NCBI GenBank assembly: GCA_046563655.1
Contig: CM102286.1
Span: 8,742,001 to 8,806,000, forward strand
Source of the DNA: Yuukianura sp. NJ FZ-2021
Lineage: Eukaryota
Length of the DNA: 64,000 bases
Direction of reading: 5' to 3'
Shown piece after piece: positions 49,301 through 63,478 of this stretch; within the stretch, counting starts at the first letter, position 1, and each line of letters begins with the position of its first letter. Made by a program: the position numbers and the translations under genes. A model generated the notes under the pieces. It was not told where the DNA came from. It ran no database searches and worked only from the letters and a program-made list of their open reading frames with translations.

Positions 49301-52300
49301 TCCCCAAAAAGTCATTCTGGGCTATCTGAGGAGTCAAAATTGCAAACCGAAATTATGCTTCTGAAAGCCCATCTGAAGTGTTCCAAACTCAATGTTTTTC
49401 CGAAAAATCCATTTTTTTCATTAAATACTCTTCAAAAAGTCATTCTGGGCTATCTGAGATGTCAAAATTGCAAACCGAAATTATGCTTCTGAAAGCCCAT
49501 ATGAAGTGTTCCAAACTCAATTTTTCTCCGAAAAATCCATTTTTTTCATTTAAAACTCCCCAAAAAGTCATTCTGGGCTATCTGAGGAGTCAAAATTGCA
49601 AACCGAAATTATGCTTCTGAAAGCCCATCTGAAGTGTTCCAAACTCAATTTTTCTCCGAAAAATCCATTTTTTTCATTAAAAACTCCCCAAAAAGTCATT
49701 CTGGGCTATCTGAGGAGTCAAAATTGCAAACCGAGATTATGCTTGTGAAAGCCCATCTGAAGTGTTCCAAACTCACTTTTTTTCCGAAAAATCCATTTTT
49801 TTCATTTAAAACTCCCCAAAAAGTCATTCTGGGCTATCTGAGGAGTCGAAATTGCAAACCGAAATTATGCTTGTGAAAGCCCATCTGAAGTGTTCCAAGC
49901 TCAATTTTTCACCAAAAAATCCATTTTTTTCATTTAAAACTCCCCAAAAAGTCATTCTGGGCTATCTGAGGAGTCAAAATTGCAAACCGAAATTATGCTT
50001 CTGAAAGCCCATCTGAAGTGTTCCAAACTCAATTTTTCACCAAAAAATCATTTTTTTCATTAAATAGTCTTCAAAAAGTCATTCTGGGCTATCTGAGGAG
50101 TCAAAATTGCAAACCGAAATTATGCTTGTGAAAGCCCGTCTGAAGTGTACCAAGCTCAATTTTCTTCGAAAAATCTATTTTTTTCATTAAAAACTCTCCA
50201 AAAAGTCATTCTGGGCTATCTGAGGAGTCAAAATTGCAAACCGTAATAAAACTTGTTAATGCCCAACTGAAGTGTACAAATCTCAATTTTTCTCCGAAAA
50301 ATGCATTTTTTTCATTTAAAACTCACCAAAAAGTCATTCTGGGCTATCTGAGGAGTCAAAATTGCAAACCGAAATTATGCTTGTGAAAGCCCATCTGAAG
50401 TGTTCCAATCTCAATTTTTCTCCGAAAAATCATTTTTTTTCATTAAATACTCTTCAAAAAGTCATTCTGGGCTATCTGAGGAGTCAAAATTGCAAACCGA
50501 AATTATGCTTCTGAAAGCCCATATGAAGTGTTCCAAACTCAATTTTTCTCCGAAAAATCCATTTTTTTCATTTAAAACTCCCCAAAAAGTCATTCTGGGC
50601 TATCTGAAGAGTCAAAATTGCAATCCGATATTATGCTTCTGAAAGCCCATCTGAAGTGTACCAAACTCAATTTTTCTCAAAAAAATCCATTTTCTTCATT
50701 AAAAACTCCCCAAAAAGTCATTCTGGGCAATCTGTGAAGTCAAAATTGCAAACCGAAATTATGCTTGAAAAATCCATTTTTTTCATTTAAAACTCACCAA
50801 AAAGTCATTCTGGGCTATCTGAGGAGTCAAAATTGCAAACCGAAATTATGCTTCTGAAAGCCCATCTGAAGTGTTCCAAACTCAATTTTTCACCAAAAAA
50901 TCATTTTTTTCATTAAATAGTCTTCAAAAAGTCATTCTGGGCTATCTGAGGAGTCAAAATTGCAAACCGAAATTATGCTTGTGAAAGCCCGTCTGAAGTG
51001 TACCAAGCTCAATTTTTCACCAAAAACTCCATTTTTTTCATTTAAAACTCCCCAAAAAGTCATTCTGGGCTATCTGAGGAGTCAAAATTGCAAACCGAAA
51101 TTATGCTTCTGAAAGCCCATCTGAAGTGTTCCAAACTCACTTTTTCTCCGAAAAATTCATTTTTTTTTTCATTAAATACTCATCAAAAAGTCATTCTGGG
51201 CTATCTGAGGAGTCAAAATTGCAAACCGAAATTATGCTTCTGAAAGCCCATCTGAAGTGTTCCAAGCTCAATTTTTCACCAAAAAATCATTTTTTTTTTC
51301 ATTTAAAACTCACCAAAAAGTCATTCTGGGCTATCTGAGGAGTCAAAATTGCAAACCGAAATTATGCTTGTGAAAGCCCATCTGAAGTGTTCCAAGCTCA
51401 ATTTTTCACCAAAAAATCATTTTTTTCATTAAATACTCTTCAAAAAGTCATTCTGGGCTATCTGAGGAGTCAAAATTGCAAACCGAAATTATGCTTCTGA
51501 AAGCCCATCTGAAGTTTACCAATGTCAATTTTTTCCGAAAAATCCATTTTTTTCATTTAAAACTCCCCAAAAAGTCATTCTGGGCTATCTGAGGAGTCAA
51601 AATTGCAAACCGAAATTATGCTTGTGAAAGCCCATCTGAAGTGTTCCAAACTCAATTTTTCTCCGAAAAATCCATTTTTTTCATTTAAAACTCCCCAAAA
51701 AGTCATTCTGGGCTATCTGAGGAGTCAAAATTGCAAACCGAAATTATGCTTCTGAAAGCCCATCTGAAGTGTTCCAAACTCAATTTTTCTCCGAAAAATC
51801 CATTTTTTTCATTTAAAACTCACCAAAAAGTCATTCTGGGCTATCTGAGGAGTCAAAATTGCAAACCGAAATTATGCTTCTGAAAGCCCATCTGAAGTGT
51901 TCCAAACTCAATTTTTCTCCGAAAAATCCATTTTTTTCATTTAAAACTCCCCAAAAAGTCATTCTGGGCTATCTGAGGAGTCAAAATTGCAAACCGAAAT
52001 TATGCTTCTGAAAGCCCATCTGAAGTGTTCCAAACTCAATTTTTCTCAAAAAAATCCATTTTTTTCATTAAAATCTCCCCAAAAAGTCATTCTGGGCTAT
52101 CTGAGGAGTCAAAATTGCAAACCGAAATTATGCTTGTGAAAGCCCATCTGAAGTGTTCCAAACTCAATTTTTCTCCGAAAAATCCATTTTTTTCATTCAA
52201 AACTCCTCAAAAAGTCATTCTGGGCTATCTGAGGAGTCAAAATTGCAAACCGAAATTATGCTTCTGAAAGCCCATCTGAAGTGTTCCAAGCTCAATTTTT

Positions 52301-52608
52301 CACCAAAAAATCATTTTTTTTTTCATTTAAAACTCACCAAAAAGTCATTCTGGGCTATCTGAGGAGTCAAAATTGCAAACCGAAATTATGCTTCTGAAAG
52401 CCCATCTGAAGTGTTCCAAACTCAATTTTTCACCAAAAAATCATTTTTTTCATTAAATAGTCTTCAAAAAGTCATTCTGGGCTATCTGAGGAGTCAAAAT
52501 TGCAAACCGAAATTATGCTTGTGAAAGCCCGTCTGAAGTGTACCAAGCTCAATTTTCTTCGAAAAAATCCATTTTTTTCATTAGAAACTCTCCAAAAGTC
52601 ATTCCCGG

Positions 52609-53112
52609 TGTTATGAAACAGTCAATTTCCATAATAACGAGAGTTCACTAGAGTTCATTGCCAAATTGAATTGTCACTCTAAAAGTAGCTCATTGTTATA
52701 CTTTTAACAAACACAACCTATGTACAACTTGTCTTTTGTTGTAGTAATTAGAAGTTAGGCCTACAAATGATTTACATATATTCCAAGTAGGGTAACTTCT
52801 GACTCTATTCTACTCCAGTGGTTTCCGGTTGAGTCCCTATAAAAAGGGCTCAGTCCGGCCAGCAAGATTCATTCTGTTTTCTGCTCTTGACCTCTGGTCA
52901 ATAGGACTTAGTGTCCTACTCCTACTCCTATGCCTTGTCACAAACTTTGTCCGTCAAAATAAAGTTCATTAACCTTTCCTATTGCAAAACATTGCAAAAG
53001 ACATTAGTAGTGAAGATTTGTTTCATTTATTTTATCATTTCACTACATTTGGTGGTACGAGCTGCTGAATCCTATGGCTTCCACAGGAAGCGAAAATGCG
53101 AAAAGCGAAAAT
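52609..53112 (+). mobile_element. LTR fragment, long form, copy 3
   Basis: Same junctions as copy 1 (attcccgg|TGTTATG). Confidence 0.8.
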
Positions 53113-54869
53113 CATTTTTTTCATTAAATAGTCTTCAAAAAGTCATTCTGGGCTATCTGAGGAGTCAAAATTGCAAACCGAAATTATGCTTGTGAAAGCC
53201 CATCTGAAGTGTACTAACCTCAATTTTCTTCGAAAAAATCTATTTTTTTCATTAAAAACTCTCCAAAAAGTCATTCCCGGCTATCTGAGGAGTCGAAATT
53301 GCAAACCGTTATAAAACTTGTTAATGCCCAACTGAAGTGTACAAATCTCAATTTTTCTCCGAAAAATCCATTTTTTTCATTTATAACTCACCAAAAAGTC
53401 ATTCTGGGCTATCTGAGGAGTCAAAATTGCAAACCAAAATTATGCTTCTGAAAGCCCATCTGAGGTGTACCAATCACAATTTTTCTCCGAAAAATCATTT
53501 TTTTTCATTAAATACTCTTCAAAAAGTCATTCTGGGCTATCTGAGGAGTCAAAATTGCAAACCGAAATTATGCTTCTGAAAGCCCATCTGAAGTGTACCA
53601 AACTCAATTTTTCTAAAAAAAAAATCCATTTTTTTCATTTAAAACTCCCCAAAAAGTCATTCTGGGCTATCTGAGGAGTCAAAATTGCAAACCGAAATTA
53701 TGCTTCTGAAAGCCCATCTGAAGTGTTCCAAACTCAATTTTTCACCAAAAAATCCATTTTTTTCATTTAAAACTCCCCAAAAAGTCATTCTGGGCTATCT
53801 GAGGAGTCAAAATTGCAAACCGAAATTATGCTTCTGAAAGCCCATCTGAAGTGTTCCAAACTCAATGTTTTTCCGAAAAATCCATTTTTTTCATTAAATA
53901 CTCTTCAAAAAGTCATTCTGGGCTATCTGAGGAGTCAAAATTGCAAACCGAAATTATGGTTGTGAAAGCCCATCTGAAGTGTTCCAAACTCAATTTTTCA
54001 CTAAAAAATCCATTTTTTTCATTAAAAACTCCCCAAAAAGTCATTCTGGGCTATCTGAGGAGTCAAAATTGCAAACCGAAATTATGCTTCTGAAAGCCCA
54101 TCTGAAGTGTTCCAAACTCAATTTTTCTCCGAAAAATCCATTTTTTTCATTTAAAACTCCCCAAAAAGTCATTCTGGGCTATCTGAGGAGTCAAAATTGC
54201 AAACCGAAATTATGCTTCTGAAAGCCCATCTGAAGTGTTCCAAGCTCAATTTTTCACCAAAAAATCCATTTTTTTCATTTAAAACTCCCCAAAAAGTCAT
54301 TCTGGGCTATCTGAGGAGTCAAAATTGCAAACCGAAATTATGCTTCTGAAAGCCCATCTGAAGTGTTCCAAACTCAATTTTTCACCAAAAAATCATTTTT
54401 TTCATTTAAAACTCACCAAAAAGTCATTCTGGGCTATCTGAGGAGTCAAAATTGCAAACCGAAATTATGCTTGTGAAAGCCCATCTGAAGTGTTCCAAGC
54501 TCAATTTTTCACATCTGAAAAGTTCCAAGCTCATTTTTTTCATTTAAAACTCACCAAAAAGTCATTCTGGGCTATCTGAGGAGTCAAAATTGCAAACCGA
54601 AATTATGCTTGTGAAGGCCCATCTGAAGTGTTCCAAGCTCAATTTTTCACCAAAAAATCATTTTGTTTTCATTTAAAACTCACCAAAAAGTCATTCTGGG
54701 CTATCTGAGGAGTCAAAATTGCAAACCGAAATTATGCTTCTGAAAGCCCATCTGAAGTGTTCCAAACTCAATTTTTCACCAAAAAATCATTTTTTTCATT
54801 AAATAGTCTTCAAAAAGTCATTCTGGGCTATCTGAGGAGTCAAAATTGCAAACCGAAATTATGTTTGTG

Positions 54870-55025
54870 AAATAAAGTTCATTAACCTTTCCTATTGCAA
54901 AACATTGCAAAAGACATTAGTAGTGAAGATTTGTTTCATTTATTTTATCATTTCACTACATTTGGTGGTACGAGCTGCTGAATCCTATGGCTTCCACAGG
55001 AAGCGAAAATGCGAAAAGCGAAAAT
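54870..55025 (+). mobile_element. LTR fragment, short (~156 bp) form, copy 1
   Basis: Begins tttgtg|AAATAAAGTTC and has the same 3' junction as the long form. Confidence 0.8.
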
Positions 55026-57148
55026 CATTTTTTTCATTAAATAGTCTTCAAAAAGTCATTCTAGGCTATCTGAGGAGTCAAAATTGCAAACCGAAATTCT
55101 GCTTGTGAAGGCACATCTGAAAAGTTCCAAGCTCAATTTTTCACCAAAAACTCCATTTTTTTTTCATTAAATACTCTTCAAAAAGTCATTCTGGGCTATC
55201 TGAGGAGTCAAAATTGCAAACCGAAATTATGCTTCTGAAAGCTCTTCTGAAGTGTACCAATCTTAATTTTTTTCCGAAAAATCCATTTTATTCATTTAAA
55301 ACTCACCAAAAAGTCATTCTGGGCTATCTGAGGAGTCAAAATTGCAAACCGAAATTATGCTTCTGAAAGCCCATCTGAAGTGTTCCAAACTCAATTTTTC
55401 TCCGAAAAATCCATTTTTTTCATTTAAAACTCCCCAAAAAGTCATTCTGGGCTATCTGAGGAGTCAAAATTGCAAACCGAAATTATGCTTCTGAAAGCCC
55501 ATCTGAAGTTACCAATCTCAATTTTTTCCGAAAAATCCATTTTATTCAAAAACTCCCCAAAAAGTCATTCTGGGCTATCTGAGGAGTCAAAATTGCAAAC
55601 CGAAATTATGCTTCTGAAAGCCCATCTGAAGTGTTCCAAACTCAATTTTTCACCAAAAAATCATTCTTTCCATTAAAAACACCCCAAAAAGTCATGCTGG
55701 GCTATCTGAAGAGTCAAAATTGCAATCCGATATTATGCTTCTGAAAGCCCATCTGAAGTGTACCAAACTCAATTTTTCTCAAAAAAATCCATTTTTTCCT
55801 TAAAAACTCCCCAAAAAGTCATTCTGGGCTATCTGAAGAGTCAAAATTGCAATCCGATATTATGCTTCTGAAAGCCCATCTGAAGTGTACCAAACTCAAT
55901 TTTTCTCAAAAAAATCCATTTTTTTCATTAAAAACTCCCCAAAAAGTCATTCTGGGCTATCTGAAGAGTCAAAATTGCAAACCGAAATTATGCTTCTGAA
56001 AGCCCATCTGAAGTGTTCCAAACTCAATTTTTCACCAAAAAATCATTTTTTTCATTAAATACTCACCAAAAAGTCATTCTGGGCTATCTGAGGAGTCAAA
56101 ATTGCAAACCGAAATTATGCTTGTGAAAGCCCATCTGAAGTGTTCCAAGCTCAATTTTTCTCCGAAAAATCCATTTTTTTCATTTAAATACTCTTCAAAA
56201 AGTCATTCTGGGCTATCTGAGGAGTCAAAATTGCAAACCGAAATTATGCTTCTGAAAGCCCATCTGAAGTGTTCCAAACTCAATTTTTCTCCGAAAAATC
56301 CATTTTTTTCATTTAAAACTCACCAAAAAGTCATTCTGGGCTATCTGAGGAGTCAAAATTGCAAACCGAAATTATGCTTCTGAAAGCCCATCTGAAGTGT
56401 TCCAAACTCAATTTTTCTCCGAAAAATCCATTTTTTTCATTTAAAACTCCCCAAAAAGTCATTCTGGGCTATCTGAGGAGTCGAAATTGCAAACCGAAAT
56501 TATGCTTGTGAAAGCCCATCTGAAGTGTTCCAAGCTCAATTTTTCACCAAAAAATCTTTTTTTTTCATTTAAAACTCCCCAAAAAGTCATTCTGGGCTAT
56601 CTGAGGAGTCAAAATTGCAAACCGAAATTATGCTTCTGAAAGTCCATTTGACGTGTTCCAATCTCAATTTTTCCCAGAAAAATCCATTTTTTTCATTAAA
56701 AACTACCAAAAAAGTCATTCTGGGCTATGTGAGGAGTCAAAATTGCAAACCGAAATTATGCTTCTGAAAGCCCATCTGACGTGTTCCAATCTCAATTTTT
56801 CACAAAAAAATCCATTTTTTTCATTAAAATCTCCCCAAAAAGTCATTCTGGGCTATCTGAGGAGTCAAAATTGCAAACGAAGTTATGCTTCTGAAAGCCC
56901 ATCTGAAGTGTTCCAAACTCAATTTTTCTCCGAAAAATCCATTTTTTTCATTTAAAACTCCCCAAAAAGTCATTCTGGGCTATCTGAGGAGTCAAAATTG
57001 CAAACCGAAATTATGCTTCTGAAAGCCCATCTGAAGTGTTCCAAACTCAATTTTTCACCAAAAAATCATTTTTTTCATTAAATAGTCTTCAAAAAGTCAT
57101 TCTGGGCTATCTGAGGAGTCAAAATTGCAAACCGAAATTATGTTTGTG

Positions 57149-57304
57149 AAATAAAGTTCATTAACCTTTCCTATTGCAAAACATTGCAAAAGACATTAGT
57201 AGTGAAGATTTGTTTCATTTATTTTATCATTTCACTACATTTGGTGGTACGAGCTGCTGAATCCTATGGCTTCCACAGGAAGCGAAAATGCGAAAAGCGA
57301 AAAT
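57149..57304 (+). mobile_element. LTR fragment, short form, copy 2
   Basis: Same sequence and junctions as short copy 1. Confidence 0.8.
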
Positions 57305-58886
57305 CATTTTTTTCATTAAATAGTCTTCAAAAAGTCATTCTGGGCTATCTGAGGAGTCAAAATTGCAAACCGAAATTATGCTTGTGAAAGCCCATCTGAA
57401 GTGTACCAACCTCAATTCTTCTCCGAAAAATCATTTTTTTTTAATTAAATACTCTTCAAAAAGTCATTCTGGGCTATCTGAGGAGTCAAAATTGCAACCC
57501 GAAATTATGCTTCTGAAAGCCCATCTGAAGTGTTCCAAACTCAATGTTTTTCCGAAAAATCCATTTTTTTCATTTAAAACTCACCAAAAAGTCATTCTGG
57601 GCTATCTGAGGAGTCAAAATTGCAAACCGAAATTATGCTTCTGAAAGCCCATCTGAAGTGTTCCAAACTCAATTTTTCTCCGAAAAATCCATTTTTTTCA
57701 TTTAAAACTCCCCAAAAAGTCATTCTGGGCTATCTGAGGAGTCGAAATTGCAAACCGAAATTATGCTTGTGAAAGCCCATCTGAAGTGTTCCAAGCTCAA
57801 TTTTTCACCAAAAAATCATTCTTTCTTCATTTAAAACTCCCCAAAAAGTCATTCTGGGCTATCTGAGGAGTCAAAATTGCAAACCGAAATTATGCTTCTG
57901 AAAGCCCATCTGAAGTGTTCCAAACTCAATTTTTCACAAAAAAAATCCATTTTTTTCATTTAAAACTCCCCAAAAAGTCATTCTGGGCTATCTGAGGAGT
58001 CAAAATTGCAAACCGAAATTATGCTTCTGAAAGCCCATCTGAAGTGTTCCAAACTCAATTTTTCTCCGAAAAATCCATTTTTTTCATTTAAAACTCACCA
58101 AAAAGTCATTCTGGGCTATCTGAGGAGTCAAAATTGCAAACCGAAATTATGCTTCTGAAAGCCCATCTGAAGTGTTCCAAACTCAATTTTTCTCCGAAAA
58201 ATCCATTTTTTTCATTTAAAACTCCCCAAAAAGTCATTCTGGGCTATCTGAGGAGTCGAAATTGCAAACCGAAATTATGCTTGTGAAAGCCCATCTGAAG
58301 TGTTCCAAGCTCAATTTTTCACCAAAAAATCCATTTTTTTCATTTAAAACTCCCCAAAAAGTCATTCTGGGCTATCTGAGGAGTCAAAATTGCAAACCGA
58401 AATTATGCTTCTGAAAGCCCATATGAAGTGTTCCAAACTCAATTTTTCTCCGAAAAATCCATTTTTTTCATTTAAAACTCTCCAAAAAGTCATTCTGGGC
58501 TATCTGAGGAGTCAAAATTGCAAACCGAAATTATGCTTCTGAAAGCCCATCTGAAGTGTTCCAAACTCAATTTTTCTCCGAAAAATCCATTTTTTTCATT
58601 TAAAACTCTGCAAACCGAAATTATGCTTCTGAAAGCCCATCTGAAGTGTTCCAAACTCAATTTTTCTCCGAAAAATCCATTTTTTTCATTTAAAACTCAC
58701 CAAAAAGTCATTCTGGGCTATCTGAGGAGTCAAAATTGCAAACCGAAATTATGCTTCTGAAAGCCCATCTGAAGTGTTCCAAACTCAATTTTTCACCAAA
58801 AAATCATTTTTTTCATTAAATAGTCTTCAAAAAGTCATTCTGGGCTATCTGAGGAGTCAAAATTGCAAACCGAAATTATGTTTGTG

Positions 58887-59042
58887 AAATAAAGTTCATT
58901 AACCTTTCCTATTGCAAAACATTGCAAAAGACATTAGTAGTGAAGATTTGTTTCATTTATTTTATCATTTCACTACATTTGGTGGTACGAGCTGCTGAAT
59001 CCTATGGCTTCCACAGGAAGCGAAAATGCGAAAAGCGAAAAT
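58887..59042 (+). mobile_element. LTR fragment, short form, copy 3
   Basis: Same sequence and junctions as short copy 1. Confidence 0.8.
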
Positions 59043-62000
59043 CATTTTTTTCATTAAATAGTCTTCAAAAAGTCATTCTGGGCTATCTGAGGAGTCAAAA
59101 TTGCAAACCGAAATTATGCTTGTGAAAGCCCATCTGAAGTGTTCCAATCTCAATTTTTCTCCGAAAAATCATTTTTTTCATTAAATACTCTTCAAAAGGT
59201 CATTCTGGGCTATCTGAGGAGTCAAAATTGCAAACCGAAATTATGCTTCTGAAAGCCCATCTGAAGTGTACTAACCTCAATTTTCTTCGAAAAAATCCAT
59301 TTTTTTCATTTAAAACTCACCAAAAAGTCATTCTGGGCTATCTGAGGAGTCAAAATTGCAAACCGAAATTATGCTTCTGAAAGCCCATCTGAAGTGTTCC
59401 AAACTCAATTTTTCTCCGAAAAATCCATTTTTTTCATTTAAAACTCCCCAAAAAGTCATTCTGGGCTATCTGAGGAGTCAAAATTGCAAACCGAAATTAT
59501 GCTTCTGAAAGCCCATCTGAAGTGTTCCAAACTCAATTTTTCACCAAAAAATCCATTTTTTTCATCAAATACTCATCAAAAAGTCATTCTGGGCTATCTG
59601 AGGAGTCAAAATTGCAACCGAAATTATGCTTGTGAAGGCCCATCTGAAGTGTTCCAAGCTCAATTTTCTTCGAAAAAATCTATTTTTTTCATTTAAAACT
59701 CTCCAAAAAGTCATTCTGGGCTATCTGAGGAGTCAAAATTGCAAACCGAAATTATGCTTGTGAAAGCCCATCTGAAGTGTTCCAAACTCAATTTTTCACC
59801 AAAAAATCCATTTTTTTCATTTAAAACTCCCCAAAAAGTCATTCTGGGCTATCTGAGGAGTCAAAATTGCAAACCGAAATTATGCTTCTGAAAGCCCATC
59901 TGAAGTGTTCCAAACTCAATTTTTCACAAAAAAATCCATTTTTTTCATTAAAATCTCCCCAAAAAGTCATTCTGGGCTATCTGAGGAGTCAAAATTGCAA
60001 ACCGAAATTATGCTTCTGAAAGCCCATCTGAAGTGTTCCAAACTCAATTTTTCTCCGAAAAATCCATTTTTTTCATTTAATACTCTTCAAAAAGTCATTC
60101 TGGGCTATCTGAGGAGTCAAAATTGCAAACCGAAATTATGCTTCTGAAAGCCCATCTGAAGTGTACCAAACTCAATTTTTCTAAAAAAAAAATCCATTTT
60201 TTTCTTAAAAACTCCCCAAAAAGTCATTCTGGGCTATCTGAGGAGTCAAAATTGCAAACCGAAATTATGCTTCTGAAAGCCCATCTGAAGTGTTCCAAAC
60301 TCAATTTTTCTCCGAAAAATCATTTTTTTTTAATTAAATACTCTTCAAAAAGTCATTCTGGGCTATCTGAGGAGTCAAAATTGCAACCCGAAATTATGCT
60401 TCTGAAAGCCCATCTGAAGTGTTCCAAACTCAATTTTTCTCCGAAAAATCCATTTTTTTCATTTAAAACTCCCCAAAAAGTCATTCTGGGCTATCTGAGG
60501 AGTCAAAATTGCAAACCGAAATTATGCTTGTGAAGGCACATCTGAAAAGTTCCAAGCTCAATTTTTCACCAAAAACTCCATTTTTTTCATTTAAAACTCC
60601 CCAAAAAGTCATTCTGGGCTATCTGAGGAGTCAAAATTGCAAACCGAAATTATGCTTCTGAAAGCCCATCTGAAGTGTTCCAAACTCAATTTTTCACCAA
60701 AAAATCATTTTTTTCATTAAATAGTCTTCAAAAAGTCATTCTGGGCTATCTGAGGAGTCAAAATTGCAAACCGAAATTATGTTTGTGAAAGCCCATCTGA
60801 AGTGTACTAACCTCAATTTTCTTCGAAAAAATCTATTTTTTTCATTAGAAACTCTCCAAAAGTCATTCTGGGTTATCTGAGGAGTCAAAATTGCAAACCG
60901 AAATTATGCTTGTGAAGGCACATCTGAAGTGTACCAATCTCAATTTTTCACCAAAAAATCCTTTTTTTTCATTTAAAACTCCCCAAAAAGTCATTCTGGG
61001 CTATCTGAGGAGTCAAAATTGCAAACCGAAATTATGCTTCTGAAAGCCCATCTGAAGTGTTCCAAACTCAATTTTTCACCAAAAAATCATTTTTTTCATT
61101 AAATAGTCTTCAAAAAGTCATTCTGGGCTATCTGAGGAGTCAAAATTGCAAACCGAAATTATATTTGTGAAAGCCCATCTGAAGTGTACTAACCTCAATT
61201 TTCTTCGAAAAAATCCATTTTTTTCATTTAAAACTCACCAAAAAGTCATTCTGGGCTATCTGAGGAGTCAAAATTGCAAACCGAAATTATGCTTCTGAAA
61301 GCCCATCTGAAGTGTTCCAAGCTCAATTTTTCTCCGAAAAATCCATTTTTTTCATTTATAACTCACCAAAAAGTCATTCTGGGCTATCTGAGGAGTCAAA
61401 ATTGCAAACCGAAATTATGCTTCTGAAAGCCCATCTGAAGTGTACCAATCTCAATTCTTCTCCGAAAAATCATTTTTTTTTCATTAAATACTCTTCAAAA
61501 AGTCATTCTGGGCTATCTGAGGAGTCAAAATTGCAACCCGAAATTATGCTTCTGAAAGCCCATCTGAAGTGTTCCAAACTCAATGTTTTTCCGAAAAATC
61601 CATTTTTTTCATTTAAAACTCACCAAAAAGTCATTCTGGGCTATCTGAGGAGTCAAAATTGCAAACCGAAATTATGCTTCTGAAAGCCCATCTGAAGTGT
61701 TCCAAACTCAATTTTTCTCCGAAAAATCCATTTTTTTCATTTAAAACTCCCCAAAAAGTCATTCTGGGTTATCTGAGGAGTCAAAATTGCAAACCGAAAT
61801 TATGCTTGTGAAGGCACATCTGAAAAGTTCCAAGCTCAATTTTTCACCAAAAACTCCATTTTTTTCATTTAAAACTCCCCAAAAAGTCATTCTGGGCTAT
61901 CTGAGGAGTCAAAATTGCAAACCGAAATTATGCTTCTGAAAGCCCATCTGAAGTGTTCCAAACTCAATTTTTCACCAAAAAATCATTTTTTTCATTAAAT

Positions 62001-62447
62001 AGTCTTCAAAAAGTCATTCTGGGCTATCTGAGGAGTCAAAATTGCAAACCGAAATTATGCTTGTGAAAGCCCATCTGAAGTGTACTAACCTCAATTTTCT
62101 TCGAAAAAATCTATTTTTTTCATTAAAAACTCTCCAAAAAGTCATTCTGGGTTATCTGAGGAGTCAAAATTGCAAACCGAAATTATGCTTCTGAAAGCCC
62201 ATCTGAAGTGTTCCAAGCTCAATTTTTCACCAAAAAATCATTTTTTTCATTTAAAACTCCCCAAAAAGTCATTCTGGGCTATCTGAGGAGTCAAAATTGC
62301 AAACCGAAATTATGCTTCTGAAAGCCCATCTGAAGTGTTCCAAACTCAATTTTTCACCAAAAAATCATTTTTTTCATTAAATAGTCTTCAAAAAGTCATT
62401 CTGGGCTATCTGAGGAGTCAAAATTGCAAACCGAAATTATGTTTGTG

Positions 62448-62603
62448 AAATAAAGTTCATTAACCTTTCCTATTGCAAAACATTGCAAAAGACATTAGTA
62501 GTGAAGATTTGTTTCATTTATTTTATCATTTCACTACATTTGGTGGTACGAGCTGCTGAATCCTATGGCTTCCACAGGAAGCGAAAATGCGAAAAGCGAA
62601 AAT
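62448..62603 (+). mobile_element. LTR fragment, short form, copy 4
   Basis: Same sequence and junctions as short copy 1. Confidence 0.8.
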
Positions 62604-63322
62604 CATTTTTTTCATTAAATAGTCTTCAAAAAGTCATTCTGGGCTATCTGAGGAGTCAAAATTGCAAACCGAAATTATGCTTGTGAAGGCACATCTGAAG
62701 TGTACCAACCTCAATTCTCCGAAAAATCATTTTTTTTTCATTAAATACTCTTCAAAAAGTCATTCTGGGCTATCTGAGGAGTCAAAATTGCAACCCGAAA
62801 TTATGCTTCTGAAAGCCCATCTGAAGTGTTCCAAACTCAATGTTTTTCCGAAAAATCCATTTTTTTCATTAAATACTCTTCAAAAAGTCATTCTGGGCTA
62901 TCTGAGGAGTCAAAATTGCAAACCGAAATTATGCTTCTGAAAGCCCATATGAAGTGTTCCAAACTCAATTTTTCTCCGAAAAATCCATTTTTTTCATTTA
63001 AAACTCCCCAAAAAGTCATTCTGGGCTATCTGAGGAGTCAAAATTGCAAACCGAAATTATGCTTCTGAAAGCCCATCTGAAGTGTTCCAAACTCAATTTT
63101 TCTCCGAAAAATCCATTTTTTTCATTTAAAACTCCCCAAAAAGTCATTCTGGGCTATCTGAGGAGTCAAAATTGCAAACCGAAATTATGCTTCTGAAAGC
63201 CCATCTGAAGTGTTCCAAACTCAATTTTTCACCAAAAAATCATTTTTTTCATTAAATAGTCTTCAAAAAGTCATTCTGGGCTATCTGAGGAGTCAAAATT
63301 GCAAACCGAAATTATGTTTGTG

Positions 63323-63478
63323 AAATAAAGTTCATTAACCTTTCCTATTGCAAAACATTGCAAAAGACATTAGTAGTGAAGATTTGTTTCATTTATTTTA
63401 TCATTTCACTACATTTGGTGGTACGAGCTGCTGAATCCTATGGCTTCCACAGGAAGCGAAAATGCGAAAAGCGAAAAT
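63323..63478 (+). mobile_element. LTR fragment, short form, copy 5
   Basis: Same sequence and junctions as short copy 1. Confidence 0.8.
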
